Shown: positions 25,491 to 37,730 of the stretch, one piece after another
Layout: every line of letters begins with the position of its first letter
Position numbering within the stretch: the first letter of the stretch is position 1
DNA from: Phoronis australis
Taxonomy: Eukaryota > Animalia > Phoronida
Length of the DNA: 64,000 bases
Direction: 5' to 3'
Assembly (NCBI GenBank): GCA_002633005.1
Contig: NMRA01000171.1
Location: 186,001-250,000, forward strand
Translations under genes and position numbers: made by a program
Notes under the pieces: generated by a model
Told to the model about the DNA's origin: nothing
Seen by the model: the letters and a program-made list of their open reading frames with translations, nothing else
The model's database searches: none

Positions 25491-26571
25491 CTACAGCAAC
25501 ACCAGTCAAATAAATAGAGTCTATATTCAGACGAATTTCATAAGACATAGGTGGAGTTCTTAAAATAAATTGAACATGACCGGCAGTGGCCGTAATCATT
25601 CTCACAATGATGTTAAGGTGAACTTGAAGACACATCATGAGTTCTCGCCTTGAATCACATAATATCATGTCATAATATGGCCCAAGGTGGCAACTGCAAA
25701 TTCACTTAACCACCATTCTGAGGATGACCGCAACCACTGAAGGCTGAAAACATCCAATTTATTGTAAGTACTCCATTATGTCTCATGAAGTTTACCTGAT
25801 ATATGACTCACCAATCGGATGAAAATATTTAGTGAGAGTCAATATTGTATAGACAATGTACTATTCTATCCAGCATCATCAGTATACTTTAGAAGACAAA
25901 ACAAAATCACAAAACTAATGCTTTGAATACAAAGCATTTCATATTATAATCTAAACTGTGGATCTTATCGTATACATGGGCATCATAAAATGCTTATCAT
26001 TAACATGGTAGAGTTCAAGTTTGAGCATGTTTGTGACAAGGGTGAAGACTGACGCAAAGTCCAAAGTACACATGGGTCCCTCGGGCCAACAAACGTATTG
26101 AAGATCTTTCTGATGCGCACCAGTTAAAGCAAACTTTTATCCCAAGCTACATTGGATGGATAAAATACAGTACAAGCCAGAATTATTCAGACAAAATGAC
26201 GCCAGGGCAGAAGCCAGATTCATCGTCACTGTATGTGACTGATAATGAATGGAAATTTAGAGGAAAATTAGAAACTAAGGTGAATATGAAATTGTAGAAT
26301 TTTGTTGTCAATATAGTTGTAACGGTATGAGAAATTGTTGCTACTAACAAAATTGACTGTAACGGTGAAAAATATTACTTTATTGGATTACTTTTGTCTT
26401 GCACTATACATACTTGAGATGTTACTGTAGTCATATTTTTGAAATGATGCATTGCTTTGTTTTCACCTGAAACTGGTTTCCACAATTAAGTCAGGGTTCA
26501 CATACTTTCCAGTCCTATGGAGGCACATGATTTTGCCCAATAACTTTGAACACTGGCATGGTATTCACATT

Positions 26572-26642
26572 GCCAGCCTGATAGGATTTGAACCCCCATA
26601 CCAAGATAACAAAGGGAAGACCTCAACCACTACACTACCACC
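26572..26642 (-). mobile_element. tRNA-derived SINE head (degenerate)
   Basis: Minus strand reads TGGTAGTGTAGTGG (A-box-like) ... GGTTCAAATCC (B box); no complete cloverleaf. Confidence 0.5.
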
Positions 26643-27246
26643 TCATCCTTAGAAATCCCGGAATAACACATATTTTAGTTTTCATTATCATATCCAGACA
26701 ATAGTGTTGGTGCTGCCACCTTTTGTGTTTCCATGACATTACATCGCAGGCACATGCAGATGTACTAGCTGTCATAGCCAACACAGACCCTTATAAGGCA
26801 AAATTCGGCTGAAACAAGTGAAAATACAGAATAACACAATTGGCACTCTTTATCACTATGTTCCGGCTAAATACCTAGTGACAACATGATTTACTACAAC
26901 ACAGTCGAAAACAAATCAGACAAAACATCGTTTTCTCTCCAATACAGCCAATTCAGTTATACAGCAGAAATGATTGCCAATAATTGTAATGAGAGCACAT
27001 AAACACTGTAGGTGTCTCAGATTTTTTGTAAGCTCCCAGTATGTCTCATGTACTGGCAGGTGCAGATTGTAATTTAATCGTGGTACATTTCAAGTACTCT
27101 CGAAGTGGCTATAACCACGACTACCATCACAAAAACCAACTTTCAATTCAGACCACTTTCTGTTACGAAATTGGTCTAAAACTGTTCCTCAGTCAAATTA
27201 GATGTAGTTCCTGGGCTTGGACAGAACTAATAGGTGATTATTGCTC

Positions 27247-27390
27247 GAGATCAGACTATACAAGTTGGCTTGTCATGGCGTCTCATGTTATTGGTTGAGA
27301 CCAGACTCTACAAGTTGGCTTGTCACGGCGTCTCATGTTATTGGTTGAGATCAGACTCTACAAGTTGGCTTGTCACGGCGTGTCATGTTA
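27247..27390. repeat. 50-bp tandem repeat, about 3 units
   Basis: gagatcagactctacaagttggcttgtcacggcgtctcatgttattggtt-like units start at 27247, 27297 and 27347. Confidence 0.9.
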
Positions 27391-27748
27391 TGCACTGAGC
27401 ATGGTCTCAAGGAATAACAAACTATAAGATCTAGGCAAGCCAAGACGTCATTTGTCATCTAAGTAAAGAACAATTTAAGACTAATTTCACAGCTGTAAGT
27501 GGTCTAAATCAAAAGTTTCCTTCTTGGACAAACGTTGGTTTATAACGGCTTTATATTGACATCGTGTCAAAATACACTGTATTACTGTTAACTCAGCCTT
27601 CACCCTTACATTCTTACTTACTTACTAATTGGATATCCTAAAACAAATATAATGCGCTCATATCTGAATTTGGACTCCTGCTTCTCGTACAAGCACATGC
27701 GTCTTATAATACACACGTGCATCACAGATAAGGTACAAGTGTGCTTAC

Positions 27749-27883
27749 GTCTCCCCCGCTGTCTTTCAATCCGACAATATTGGGGTGTTTTGACAGCCTG
27801 ACAATAGACTCAGGCAACAGGTCAATGCCCGTGTTCCCAGGGACGCTGTATAGAATTACTGGCACAGGAGTCTCATCAGCAAC
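27749..27883 (-). CDS. HOGA1: HOGA1 exon 4, copy B (duplicate, probably the other allele or an assembly artefact)
   Basis: Identical peptide with two synonymous differences (GTG/GTC, TTA/TTG); lies in a 711-bp tandem duplication joined by N at 28240. Confidence 0.7.
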
Positions 27884-28459
27884 CTGAAAACAAACACAAA
27901 ATTGTATGTCATTACCTCGGCATAACAGTGTTCGCTGCGTTAATGTACAAGTATTCACATGTGATATTTACAGAGGAATTAATGACAGTATATGATAAAT
28001 TAGGGCTTGGAATGACCAATGACAAAAAAGAGGAAATTTTTCCAGGTGATGCATTGTTCCACAAATGTATAGGGGTGTGCAATTTGGTCTTATGCCCCAT
28101 ACAAATACTTCAGAAAATATACAATAAATCTCATTTGAGCAAAATTGCAGTCTCTGAGAATACACAAATAAAGCCACTAGAGATAATTTCTATTTCAAGA
28201 CTGTGACTATCTCATAATTTACATGGTTAAACCTTGTTTNACAAACGTTGGTTTATAACGGCTTTATATCGACATCGTGTCAAAATACACTGTATTACTG
28301 TTAACTCAGCCTTCACCCTTGTGTTATCGAACTTACTAATTGGATATCCTAAAACAAAAATAATGCGCTCATATCTGAATTTGGACTCCTGCTTCTCGTA
28401 CAAGCACATGCGTCTTATAATACACACGTGCATCACAGATAAGGTACAAGTGTGCTTAC

Positions 28460-28594
28460 GTCTCCCCCGCTGTCTTTTAATCCCACAATATTGGGGTGTT
28501 TTGACAGCCTGACAATAGACTCAGGCAACAGGTCAATGCCCGTGTTCCCAGGGACGCTGTATAGAATTACTGGCACAGGAGTCTCATCAGCAAC
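28460..28594 (-). CDS. HOGA1: HOGA1 exon 4, copy A ([15 protein letters not shown]...[13 protein letters not shown]; catalytic Tyr and Schiff-base Lys)
   Basis: tttcag| ... |gtaagc; 135 nt; phase 0-0. Confidence 0.9.
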
Positions 28595-29938
28595 CTGAAA
28601 ACAAACACAAAATTGTATGTCATTACCTCGGCATAACAGTGTTCGCTGCGTTAATGTACAAGTATTCACATGTGATATTTACAGAGGAATTAATGATAGT
28701 ATATGATAAATTAGGGCTTGGAATGACCAATGACAAAAAAGAGGAAATTTTTCCAGGTGATGCATTGTTCCACAAATGTATAGGGGTGTGCAATTTGGTC
28801 TTATGCCCCATACAAATACTTCAGAAAATATACAATAAATCTCATTTGAGCAAAATTGCAGTCTCTGAGAATACACAAATAAAGCCACTAGAGATAATTT
28901 CTATTTCAAGACTGTGACTATCTCATAATTTACATGGTTAAACCTTGTTTGGCAATTGTGAAGTAAGAACGTAAGACCATATTTGTCTCAAGTCTTAAAA
29001 ACAGGGTCCCCATCACATTGTCGGACAAAAAACAGCAGCAATGAAGATTAAACAATGACCAATTTTTTGTGTCAAGAAACATGATTAAACAAAGCATGCA
29101 GAGCCACTGAAGAAGCAATGAACCTCACAAGAGAAATGGCGTTTAAGTTGCACAGTTCATAAAGTTGCAGTAAAATATCACAAATTTCTGATAAATATGA
29201 TAAATACTGTCTTTCATTATTCAAAGTTTGTTAACATTGTTGTGAATGCCCAAAACTCTTCAAAATATTCTCCAATAGTGACTGTTGTATGGAACATGAA
29301 AATGGCAAAGCATTAACACAGAGAGATACATATTTTCATGAAGAAAGGAGAGAGCATAATTTCACTTGGTCACCATAAAATTGGTGAGATTTCACTCAAT
29401 GTGCAAAACATCCCCAAAGAACATGTGCAACTAGCAAGTAAAAAGTGGGGAAAAACATCAAAAGAAAAAAAATTACCCGGAGGATAACTTTGAATCAGGT
29501 TCATAAAACAGCAGAGGGGCACTATTAAGAACTTTAATTTTGCATGCCAAATGTGTGCACGAATTGAATAGCACCATTGTCAGGAGGAGGGGGGGGGGGT
29601 CCCCATAAAAGTGGTCAGTATAAATGTGACACTAACTCAGGAGAGTATTTCTCCATCTCAGATATAGTCCTGGGTGAGAGTTTCATCTTCTCGGTTTTGT
29701 CTTAGGTCGGTAAATCAAGGTAGTGGTGACCAAAGAGGGGCCATTTCACCATTCGGTATTGTCTTGTGAGGCCACATTGCATTGGTCTGGATTTTGAATT
29801 TACAGCCTCACCACCTATCCATTATGAGAGGGAGAACCCCAGCTGGTGCCAGTGTGGCTAAAACGCAATCAATTTTGAACTCAAGAGTAGATTAGAAGCC
29901 ATCTCTAGTGTTGTAAAAGGTAGATGTCACCATCAAAC

Positions 29939-30066
29939 CTTCAGGTAGTGTTTTTCCAAAGCATCAGCTGTCATCTGGGTCTTGTAGTAAGATGGTGTCA
30001 CAACCAGCACTGCATTGGCACCTGCACTAGCCATCTTTTGTGAGAGAGAAATAGTGTCACGGGTCG
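29939..30066 (-). CDS. HOGA1: HOGA1 exon 3 (TRDTISLSQKMASAGANAVLVVTPSYYK...HYLK)
   Basis: ttttag| ... |gtttga; 128 nt; frame continuous with exon 2. Confidence 0.95.
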
Positions 30067-31087
30067 CTAAAATGAACACATTATGAAAACCGTTAAGTCC
30101 CAGTGTCAAACAAAGCATGGAATTTTCAACGTGGATCCCTGATGTGAACACATTGTGTAAAAAAGTTGTGAAGGCTTTTAACTATTCAAATCACTGTATA
30201 CCTCCAATATTACACCTTACAAGTATTTATCCACTCTAAAAGTTTACAAACGGCGTAAGATTAATTATGACAATCTATCTAAAACTGTCCCACTTTCCAA
30301 TACAATGTTTATATTTAACATTACTAGCTTGCAAAGTCAGCGATACAAAATTGACATCACTTTGGCACAATTTGTCATCTGAAAATCTTATTACTGTATC
30401 AAAAATGATCTAAACCACCAGTGTGCCATAAGAACAACACAAGGCATTGATGTTCCCACGGAGCATCGCAAACAAGAGGTGCTATCAGCTGTTTGTAAGG
30501 TATTGTAAGACAGCTTAACAAATTTGACCACAAGGGGTACCTGTGTATCAAGTCTCGCAAAACTCCTTCAACCGGTTCCCTAGAATCATCCGGAAATGAT
30601 CTTGCTCCCAAAAATACTGAAAATGCCCTACTCCTTGGACCTGAGGGATGGTGCAGAGTAAGAAGTGGCATGCAATGACCTAGTGTTTCCTTGCACCCTT
30701 GTGGCAAATTTCCTTAAAATCTAATAAGGGAATTGTGAGATATGTATCAGACAACTGAATGCCAGGACAACACTACCCCAAGACACACACACATATGTAG
30801 GCATATAAAAAGGTAAAAAGAAATGTTTTAAAATAATTAGGTGCCTCCACTTAAGAGTGGTCACCATCAGGGTTTGAATTTCTCTTACACTAAGGGGAAA
30901 ATAACTCTGATTTTGCAAGACTTCGAAACAAGAAGCACAGAAATGCTTATAACTATTTATTTTTAAGTTTTTCTTATTGTCTTCAAAAGCATTTAACATT
31001 TTGGTTTTGGTTCAGGTTTCAAAAAGAATCCTGACAATAGACAAAAGTGAACTTTAAGGAAGTATATTTAATTAAAAAAGTACTTAC

Positions 31088-31216
31088 ATTCACAGCCAGA
31101 GCCTGCTACGATTAGCTTTTTCCCAGAAACATTTTGCTTCACAAACTTCACCATGTCTACCCTTTCGTCAGCAGTCATGAAAGGGTACTCTCCATTGGAT
31201 CCTTGGACAACATATC
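31088..31216 (-). CDS. HOGA1: HOGA1 exon 2 ([14 protein letters not shown]...IVAGSGCE)
   Basis: tttcag| ... |gtaagt; 129 nt; GSNGE substrate-binding motif. Confidence 0.95.
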
Positions 31217-32860
31217 CTGAAATAAAGGCCAGAAATGAAGATCCCATTGCTATTAATTAACGTAAACTTACATAATTTGGCTACAGCATTAAAAGAATCA
31301 TTTTGCAATAAAATATGATCAATGTATTAACAATATTTGAAGTTTAATTGAACGTTTGGTTTCAAGATAGCAGCATGGCCAATGAAAAATTCAAAACACC
31401 TGCAGTGGCCTATGGGCATCACAAAGCAATTTGCTGCAGAGTTTCTCCGAGTCCAAACACAGAGTCATAATTCTAGCATATTCAAGTAAGTGCACACACC
31501 ACTAATCTTCAAACCAGTATAAATCATGTTAGCACCAATGAATCACTCAAATGAAACAATCAATGAGCTCCACTTGGTCCTGGTGTCACCATCATAATTA
31601 GGAGTGTCAACTTGCAATATTGGAGAACCAAAACAATTGACCTTATAGCATAAATCAATGCACAGCATCCAATCCAAAATAAGAGTCACGTAGGTGATCA
31701 TCAGTTCGGTACTGGCAGTAGATATTCAACAGATACTACCTTATATCTATAGTAGTACTGAACTTCTTACTGCTTGAATAGTCTACACCAACTGGATGTT
31801 TTGGTTTGGATGTGTTACACACAATCCTTTGTGTATATGACGTTTTACGCTATACATGAAAAGGGGCTATAGTTTTCATAGAATGGCACTGTGTGCAGGG
31901 GTTTTAGAAGATTTTAACCAGAAGAAGAGGTCCATTCTCAATTAAACTCTTCTCTTTCCTGGAGGTAGAAAAATACTAGGCATGACTGACCTACACTTTA
32001 AAATATTAGGCTCTCCTGAATTGATCAGTTATAAGCAGCTAGTTACAAATCCACAGTCTGTAAAAGAAGCGAACTTTTGATTTTGAGCACATACCATAAT
32101 TAATTGGTCTCAGCTTGTTACTTACTCAAATAAAAATGATTTCTAGGTGCATGTGCAACGATGACGGTTCATTATTGCTAGAGATCATAAGCTTGGTGCA
32201 TGCTAGGCGCCATGAATAAACTGACTTGAATATCCTGGCCTTAATTTCAAGCAACAAGACCGCGTTATTTAGAAGCCTTCAAATCAACTAAAATTCGACT
32301 AAGCAAAAATTTGAGACCAATTTCATAGCTGTAAGTAGTTTGAATCAAAAGTTGTTTTTTGCGATGGAAGCTGCAAGGTGGACCATATATAATTCATATT
32401 ATATGCACTTAACAATTAAGGGTAACAAGCAGCCTTCAAGCTCTGCTTGCCAATTCTGTAGTGTCAAATAGCATTGCAACTTAAAATAAAATAAAGCAAG
32501 TTTGCCTGTGCATTGATGAAGTTCCTAATTAGTACAAAACTCGTGAAAAAACAGAACAAGTGCATATGATACTTGTGTTGCATTGTGGGTAAATAGTCAG
32601 GTGTGGTGTGCTGTTTTAGAATGGGCCAGACTTGACGCAAAACAGACCCTTGCACGAGGCACACTTATATATATGCGCCTTTGTACAATGGATATACTAC
32701 GCTTGAAAGGGACCAAAAAGATCCTAAATATTTACCACAGAACAGTGCCACTGCATGCAGGCACCTGCAAATTAACATTGAAGGGTCTAGTGCCTTTCTC
32801 GGATTATAGAACACTATAGCCATTGACATTCACAATTGTTTTATAAAAACAAGAAATCAC

Positions 32861-33101
32861 CTCGAAATGGTATCTTTTCCCATTTCTCAAGATTTAACTT
32901 CAGCTTTTCCCAAGCAATATCCTCGTTTGCAAGGAAAGGAGTGGTAATTGGTGGGTAAATTCCAGATATATCAATACTAGATTTCATGTGGGCAGACATC
33001 TGACGAACAGTAAAGATACTGGTTTGGTATTTAGTTATGAACAACTTAGATCGCAAAATCCATGAATGTGAGAAGAACGTGGCACGTGAGAATATAGTCA
33101 T
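32861..33101 (-). CDS. HOGA1: 4-hydroxy-2-oxoglutarate aldolase, mitochondrial; exon 1 (transit peptide and GIYPPITTPF...PFRG)
   Basis: ATG at 33101; Arg/Ser-rich acid-free N-terminus; DHDPS/NAL-family motif; phase-1 GT donor; 241 nt. Confidence 0.92.
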
Positions 33102-33610
33102 AATAGACGGAGAGCACCGAGTTCACCAGTCACGTCCACACAATATAAATATCGCGGTTGGTGAGAAAGGTTTCCCTCTGTGCTGCCTCCTCTCGGCGTG
33201 GCTAGCTTCTGCTGGTTCCGCTCAACACTCGTGCAGGTACTGACGTGCACCGCGTTTGTGAGAGGGCGATTGTATTTTGCAGACTTGAGACCCCGCCTTG
33301 CAAACTCTGATCAGTGCTGACACTGTTATGATCTTTTCAATTCTCCGGTAGTACTGGCAGATATGTCCACCTGTTATGATAAATTTCCTCGCAATCGGAC
33401 AGGCTTGCGTTCCGTACAGGCGAGAGTCTCGCGAAAACGCAAGACCACACAAAACTTCGCGAGACATCGGCATATTTCACAACAGTAGCACGTGATCACA
33501 AAAGCTTTCGTAGCGAGATATCATGCGTCTACGAAACTACCGAGAATATAGGCCTACGTCTTCGAGCGGGATTGTTGAATGCATTGTCGATCGTGTAAAA
33601 GGTGAATGCT
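33102..33610. promoter_or_regulatory. CpG-rich, probably bidirectional promoter between HOGA1 and the zinc-finger gene
   Basis: Local CpG enrichment; TCTCGCGAAA (33427-33436) and CTTCGCGAGA (33455-33464) resemble the TCTCGCGAGA housekeeping motif; E-box CACGTG at 33489-33494. Confidence 0.55.
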
Positions 33611-33739
33611 TTGTACAAGTCTTGTATACTGTTAATTTCTTTGTTTTTTTAGATATTTGTGGAATATTTACACGCCGGTGTTACGAGAAATAAGTTTCCC
33701 TGGGCTTGAAAAATAACATCCTTACTACAGGCTCGTTAG

Positions 33740-34330
33740 GGGACTGATGGAAACTGTATTGCATTGATTGAAGAATCCGAAAGTTTCAAGTTGGCTAAAG
33801 ATAATGGCAATCCAGGACATTGCCTTGCAGTTTTGAAATTGTTGAGTTTACCTATGATGAAACATTATGTAGCATTTGGAAATAAGGAACGCCATGCATA
33901 CTTCGCCTTAAATATGGAATGAAGTTATCGACATCATTAGAAAAGCCGTTATACAAGCTGATATGGTAAAGTAAATAAAAACATGCACTTAATTTTTAAT
34001 CCCATTAATTCTGACGAGGTTTACGTCCAACATGAGGTGCTCAGGCCCTTGCCTATGTGATTAGTAGAGGCCGACAACAACATTCAAAAGGAGTTGCTGG
34101 TTTGTGTAGTCATGGGTGGAGAACATCCAAATAACAGCTGGATGCATTATGGGTACCCTGGATAGGCTCAATATTGACATTGACAACTGCAGAGGGAAAG
34201 GATATGATGAGGTGGTAAATTATATGAGTGGCTACAACGTTAGTGCCCAAATCACACGCACGCACACTCGCACGTTGTGGACATTGCCTAAAGCTGGTGA
34301 TACCCTGTTTGCATTCTATGTAGGAAATGG
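33740..34330 (+). mobile_element. Decayed hAT transposase (ZMYM1/PRKRIR-like)
   Basis: LNIDIDNCRGKGYDEVVNYMSG matches the hAT CRGQGYDGASNMSG motif; upstream frames are broken. Confidence 0.65.
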
Positions 34331-35433
34331 GAAACACAATAACAATAAAGTAGCAGTCCAATGTGAGAACTTCTCCTGAATGTAGTACATTAATTACAAA
34401 GATCCTGAATCTGTGGGTAAGTCTTCAGTGATGTGTGCTGTAGTTGTTGGGCGTGGCAAGGCATGTTGCTTAGACGTTCATGCGAGTATGAGTGGAGGCG
34501 CTTCCAAAAATGTACAGATTAGACTTCAGTTTTTGCAAAATATCAAAAGGTCCACTGTTTTGAAATTTGAACTACCCCTTGCGCAATCTGGGCTGCGGGC
34601 CAGCATATCCCCTGGCCGTTAGAAAATGTGACTGTATGAATGATTTGTAACATGTGGCAAGTAAATTGCACCAGCTGGTTATAGGATTGAATGTATCTTA
34701 ATTGCGAGAGTAAGGGTCAAAGTACATCAAAAAGGGCAAAGTTAATTGCCGGGTAAATCTGATCTTGTTGGACTTTCTGGTTTTCACTGTGTTTTCACTC
34801 AAAAGTTATTGCCAGGATCAGTTGGTAAGTTATCCATGATGATTACTGATGGTGCCCCAAGGGGGCAGCATTGCTGGAGCAACTAGCAAAGTTCAGAGGT
34901 CAATTTCCACACACATTGCACCCGCTTTTAGTGAAAAGGATTCTTTTTTAACAAAGAAAAGTCCGCTGTCAACTTGAAAATAATAGGTTCGCGAGTCTGA
35001 CAATTGCACTTGCCATTTGCGACTTGATTGTTTTTCGACATCCATCGGGAAATGATAGTAGCCTCTGAGGAAGTGATGTGTTTGAAAACTTCACTTCTCA
35101 TTGGAATTGTTCCAGTAGTTTTTAAAAGGGGGGATCAAATCAAAGATTTTTTAAAAGGGGTACAAGTCAACAATTAAAAAATTCTAGACTTGATATGACT
35201 AAAATCACGGGAAAAGGGTGGTCCGGACCTCTTGACCCCCTGGATCCGCCTATGTCTCAGATATTGTTATTGTGAGTCTTTTTGATATCGTACTGACAAT
35301 ATGTTACAGTTAAAGCATGTTTTCTTATTACAATTTTTATTGTTTCAGAAGCGGTTTCACTACTTTCTGCTCAATAATGGATAATTGAAGACTGGTTGAA
35401 AAAAAACGGTGGTGTGGTCACCATTGCTTTACC

Positions 35434-35862
35434 ATGTCGCATGGTCATTCAGAAACATTGGAGAATGAGGTGAACTGTGTTGCCCTGATTGATTATGCCA
35501 GCAATGTCGGTACAGCCCAGCACTGTTCAAAGTCCACGAGTGAAACATGCACCCTGGACAGTGGTCAAGCAGCCAGCCTGCGGCTGCCAAAGCAGTCAAA
35601 GGTGATTAACCCAGACATTCAAGCAGTTGTTATGACGAACGATAGCGAGATGAAACAGCCACAAAAAGTTGCAAGTATGCATGCATCTCATATATCCATA
35701 TCCATTCTAACCAAAAGTGGTGCGTTGCCTGGCGACCAATCCAGGGAGGAGAAGCAGTTGTTAGAAAAAGAGAAGCCATTCAAATGTTCGATGTGCAGCG
35801 AACGGTTCTTGTCTAAAGGGAACTTAACACGCCATGGACTTGTGCATACAGTCCGTGTCAAG
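35434..35862 (+). CDS. C2H2 zinc-finger protein, first coding exon (finger 1)
   Basis: Acceptor tttcag| before 35349; accATG at 35434; EKPFKCSMCSERFLSKGNLTRHGLVHT; phase-0 donor AAG|GTTGGT. The start codon is inferred. Confidence 0.8.
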
Positions 35863-36119
35863 GTTGGTAAGGCTGATGCACCTTTTGTGCAAAGTGGCTA
35901 GTTGAGTCTCATGTTATTGAAGACCATGACAAATGTCTGTTAAGAACGCTTAATTGGGCCGCAGTCTAGAGTCCTGTAAGTTATTAGAAAATAACTCGCT
36001 AGTATTTCTTCACTGTTGATTGAGGACAGCAAACTACGAATGATCGTAACCTGAAAAAACAGAGACGAGGTAAATACTAGGTCTCTGATAAGTGAGGTGT
36101 GATTATAATGGGTTATGTA

Positions 36120-36260
36120 TAGGTAAATAAAACAACAAGAATGGATCAACTGAAATTTTCGGATATTATAACGTCCTTCGTCAGCAGAAACAGAAACAGA
36201 AATAAAGTAAAATCAAACGCTATATGACAATTGACATTTAAGATGCGGCGTAATGAATAT
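36120..36260 (-). mobile_element. Penelope-like terminal fragment carrying a minimal hammerhead ribozyme core
   Basis: Minus strand CTG-CTGACGA-A-GGA(cgttataata)TCC-GAAA-ATTT-CAG at about 36150-36187; a second, more degenerate copy at about 45410-45590. Confidence 0.5.
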
Positions 36261-37459
36261 GATACATTGTTGCAGAAATAATTCAGTGATATAATTTAAG
36301 AAGTTTTTATGTTTAATCCATGAGGTTCTAGTGTATTGAGCTTGTCTATCCAAAATTGTTCTCTTTTGAATCTATGAGGGGTACTGGGGTGTTGGAGTTT
36401 TTCTATTATTTGTACAGAAAGATCTTAAAGGTTATGGTTTTTGGAATTGAAATGATTACCTATAGTATCAGAAATGTTTTTATGTATTATGTTAAATCTA
36501 TGATTACGAAACTGAGTTCTAACTAATACCCTCTATTTCACAAATTGAACATTATTGTGCTTGGTGGGAGGTCTTTTCCCACAGTTCCCATGTAACTCAC
36601 TATAAGCATAGCTCAGGCTAGGCAACATGTACCCCCTCGGTTGGCCATTTGCCTGCTGCATCCAGTGCGATGTAATTGCCTAAGGTCAAGCTTGCCCATT
36701 TTGTGGACTTTGAAGGAGTTTTCAAATTTTCTTCCGTACTTTTGATTGTTTGTTGAGGGTTACAGTACATTATTTTGTTTGAGAGAATTGGACATGAAAG
36801 TAGTTTTTAGTATCTGCTAATAGGCCAAAAGCTGGTTTGATATCCTTAGCATTTTATGAACAAAGCATGCAGTATTTATTCAATTACAGGGATTGCCTCT
36901 TAGCATAACATCAACTCACCAAATACAACCTGGTCGCTGAACAGGAAATGAGCTTGCCAAAACAAGGAAACCTCGCATGCAGGATGCGAAAGTCATGGCC
37001 CTACAAACAACACATAGTTGGCAACAGTCTAAAATTCAAAAACGGAATACGAGTATCTGATTTGAAGAATAAATAAATTTAGCGAGTGTCTGCCAGAACA
37101 CCCAAAATCACCCAGGCAGTTTTTATTTGAACGGAGAATTTGTAGTATACCGCGTGTGCTCAGTAACAACATTTTCTCCCTTGGAGCCAATGTTCTGCGC
37201 AAGTTCATTTCCTACCTATAGGAACGTGCAGGGAATCAAGGCACATTGTCTGCATGAGTAATGAGTGGGTGCATGAGTGGGCGTGTGAGTGGGTGTGTGA
37301 GTGGCGACTTGGGATTTTTACCAGGTCACCAAACAAAATCTGTGTTTTCCAACTTGACTCTTGAGTTAATTCTCACAGATAAAATGACATTCAAAGCTAA
37401 GTTATAACTCGGGCTTTTGTGAGCATTGCTAATCCATTTAACTTGTATTTTGTCACCAG

Positions 37460-37682
37460 GAAAGTGATGATGGGTTCACGTGTGACGAATGTGGTCGCCA
37501 CTTCTTGCAGCAGTGTGACCTCAACCGACACAGACTGATTCACACCCGTAGTCAACCGCACAAGTGCCACCTATGTGAAAATGCCTATATTAGAAGGAGT
37601 GACCTTGTAACCCACCTGCGCTTTCACAACAAGCAAAAGGTGTTCCAGTGTGAGCATTGCACTAAGAGCTTCTGCCAATCAG
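37460..37682 (+). CDS. C2H2 zinc-finger protein, second coding exon (fingers 2, 3 and half of 4)
   Basis: caccag|GAA AGT...FTCDECGRHFLQQCDLNRHRLIH...KCHLCENAY...H...FQCEHCTKSFCQS G|gtacag. Confidence 0.9.
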
Positions 37683-37730
37683 GTACAGTAGGTGACATTG
37701 CTGTTTGTGCCAAGCAGGTTTTTATATTAA

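Larger units (their letters stand above)
27529..28950. repeat. 711-bp tandem duplication containing HOGA1 exon 4, with N at the junction (28240)
   Basis: Paired ORFs offset by exactly 711 nt; near identity. Confidence 0.9.

Noticed and set aside
27247-27390. CRISPR-like array
   Set aside because: Contiguous 50-bp units without unique spacers, inside a eukaryotic intron, with no cas genes.
23667-33101. Bacterial dapA / horizontal transfer
   Set aside because: Six spliceosomal introns, a mitochondrial transit peptide and HOGA1-type motifs (GSNGE, LYSVP) indicate the native animal gene.
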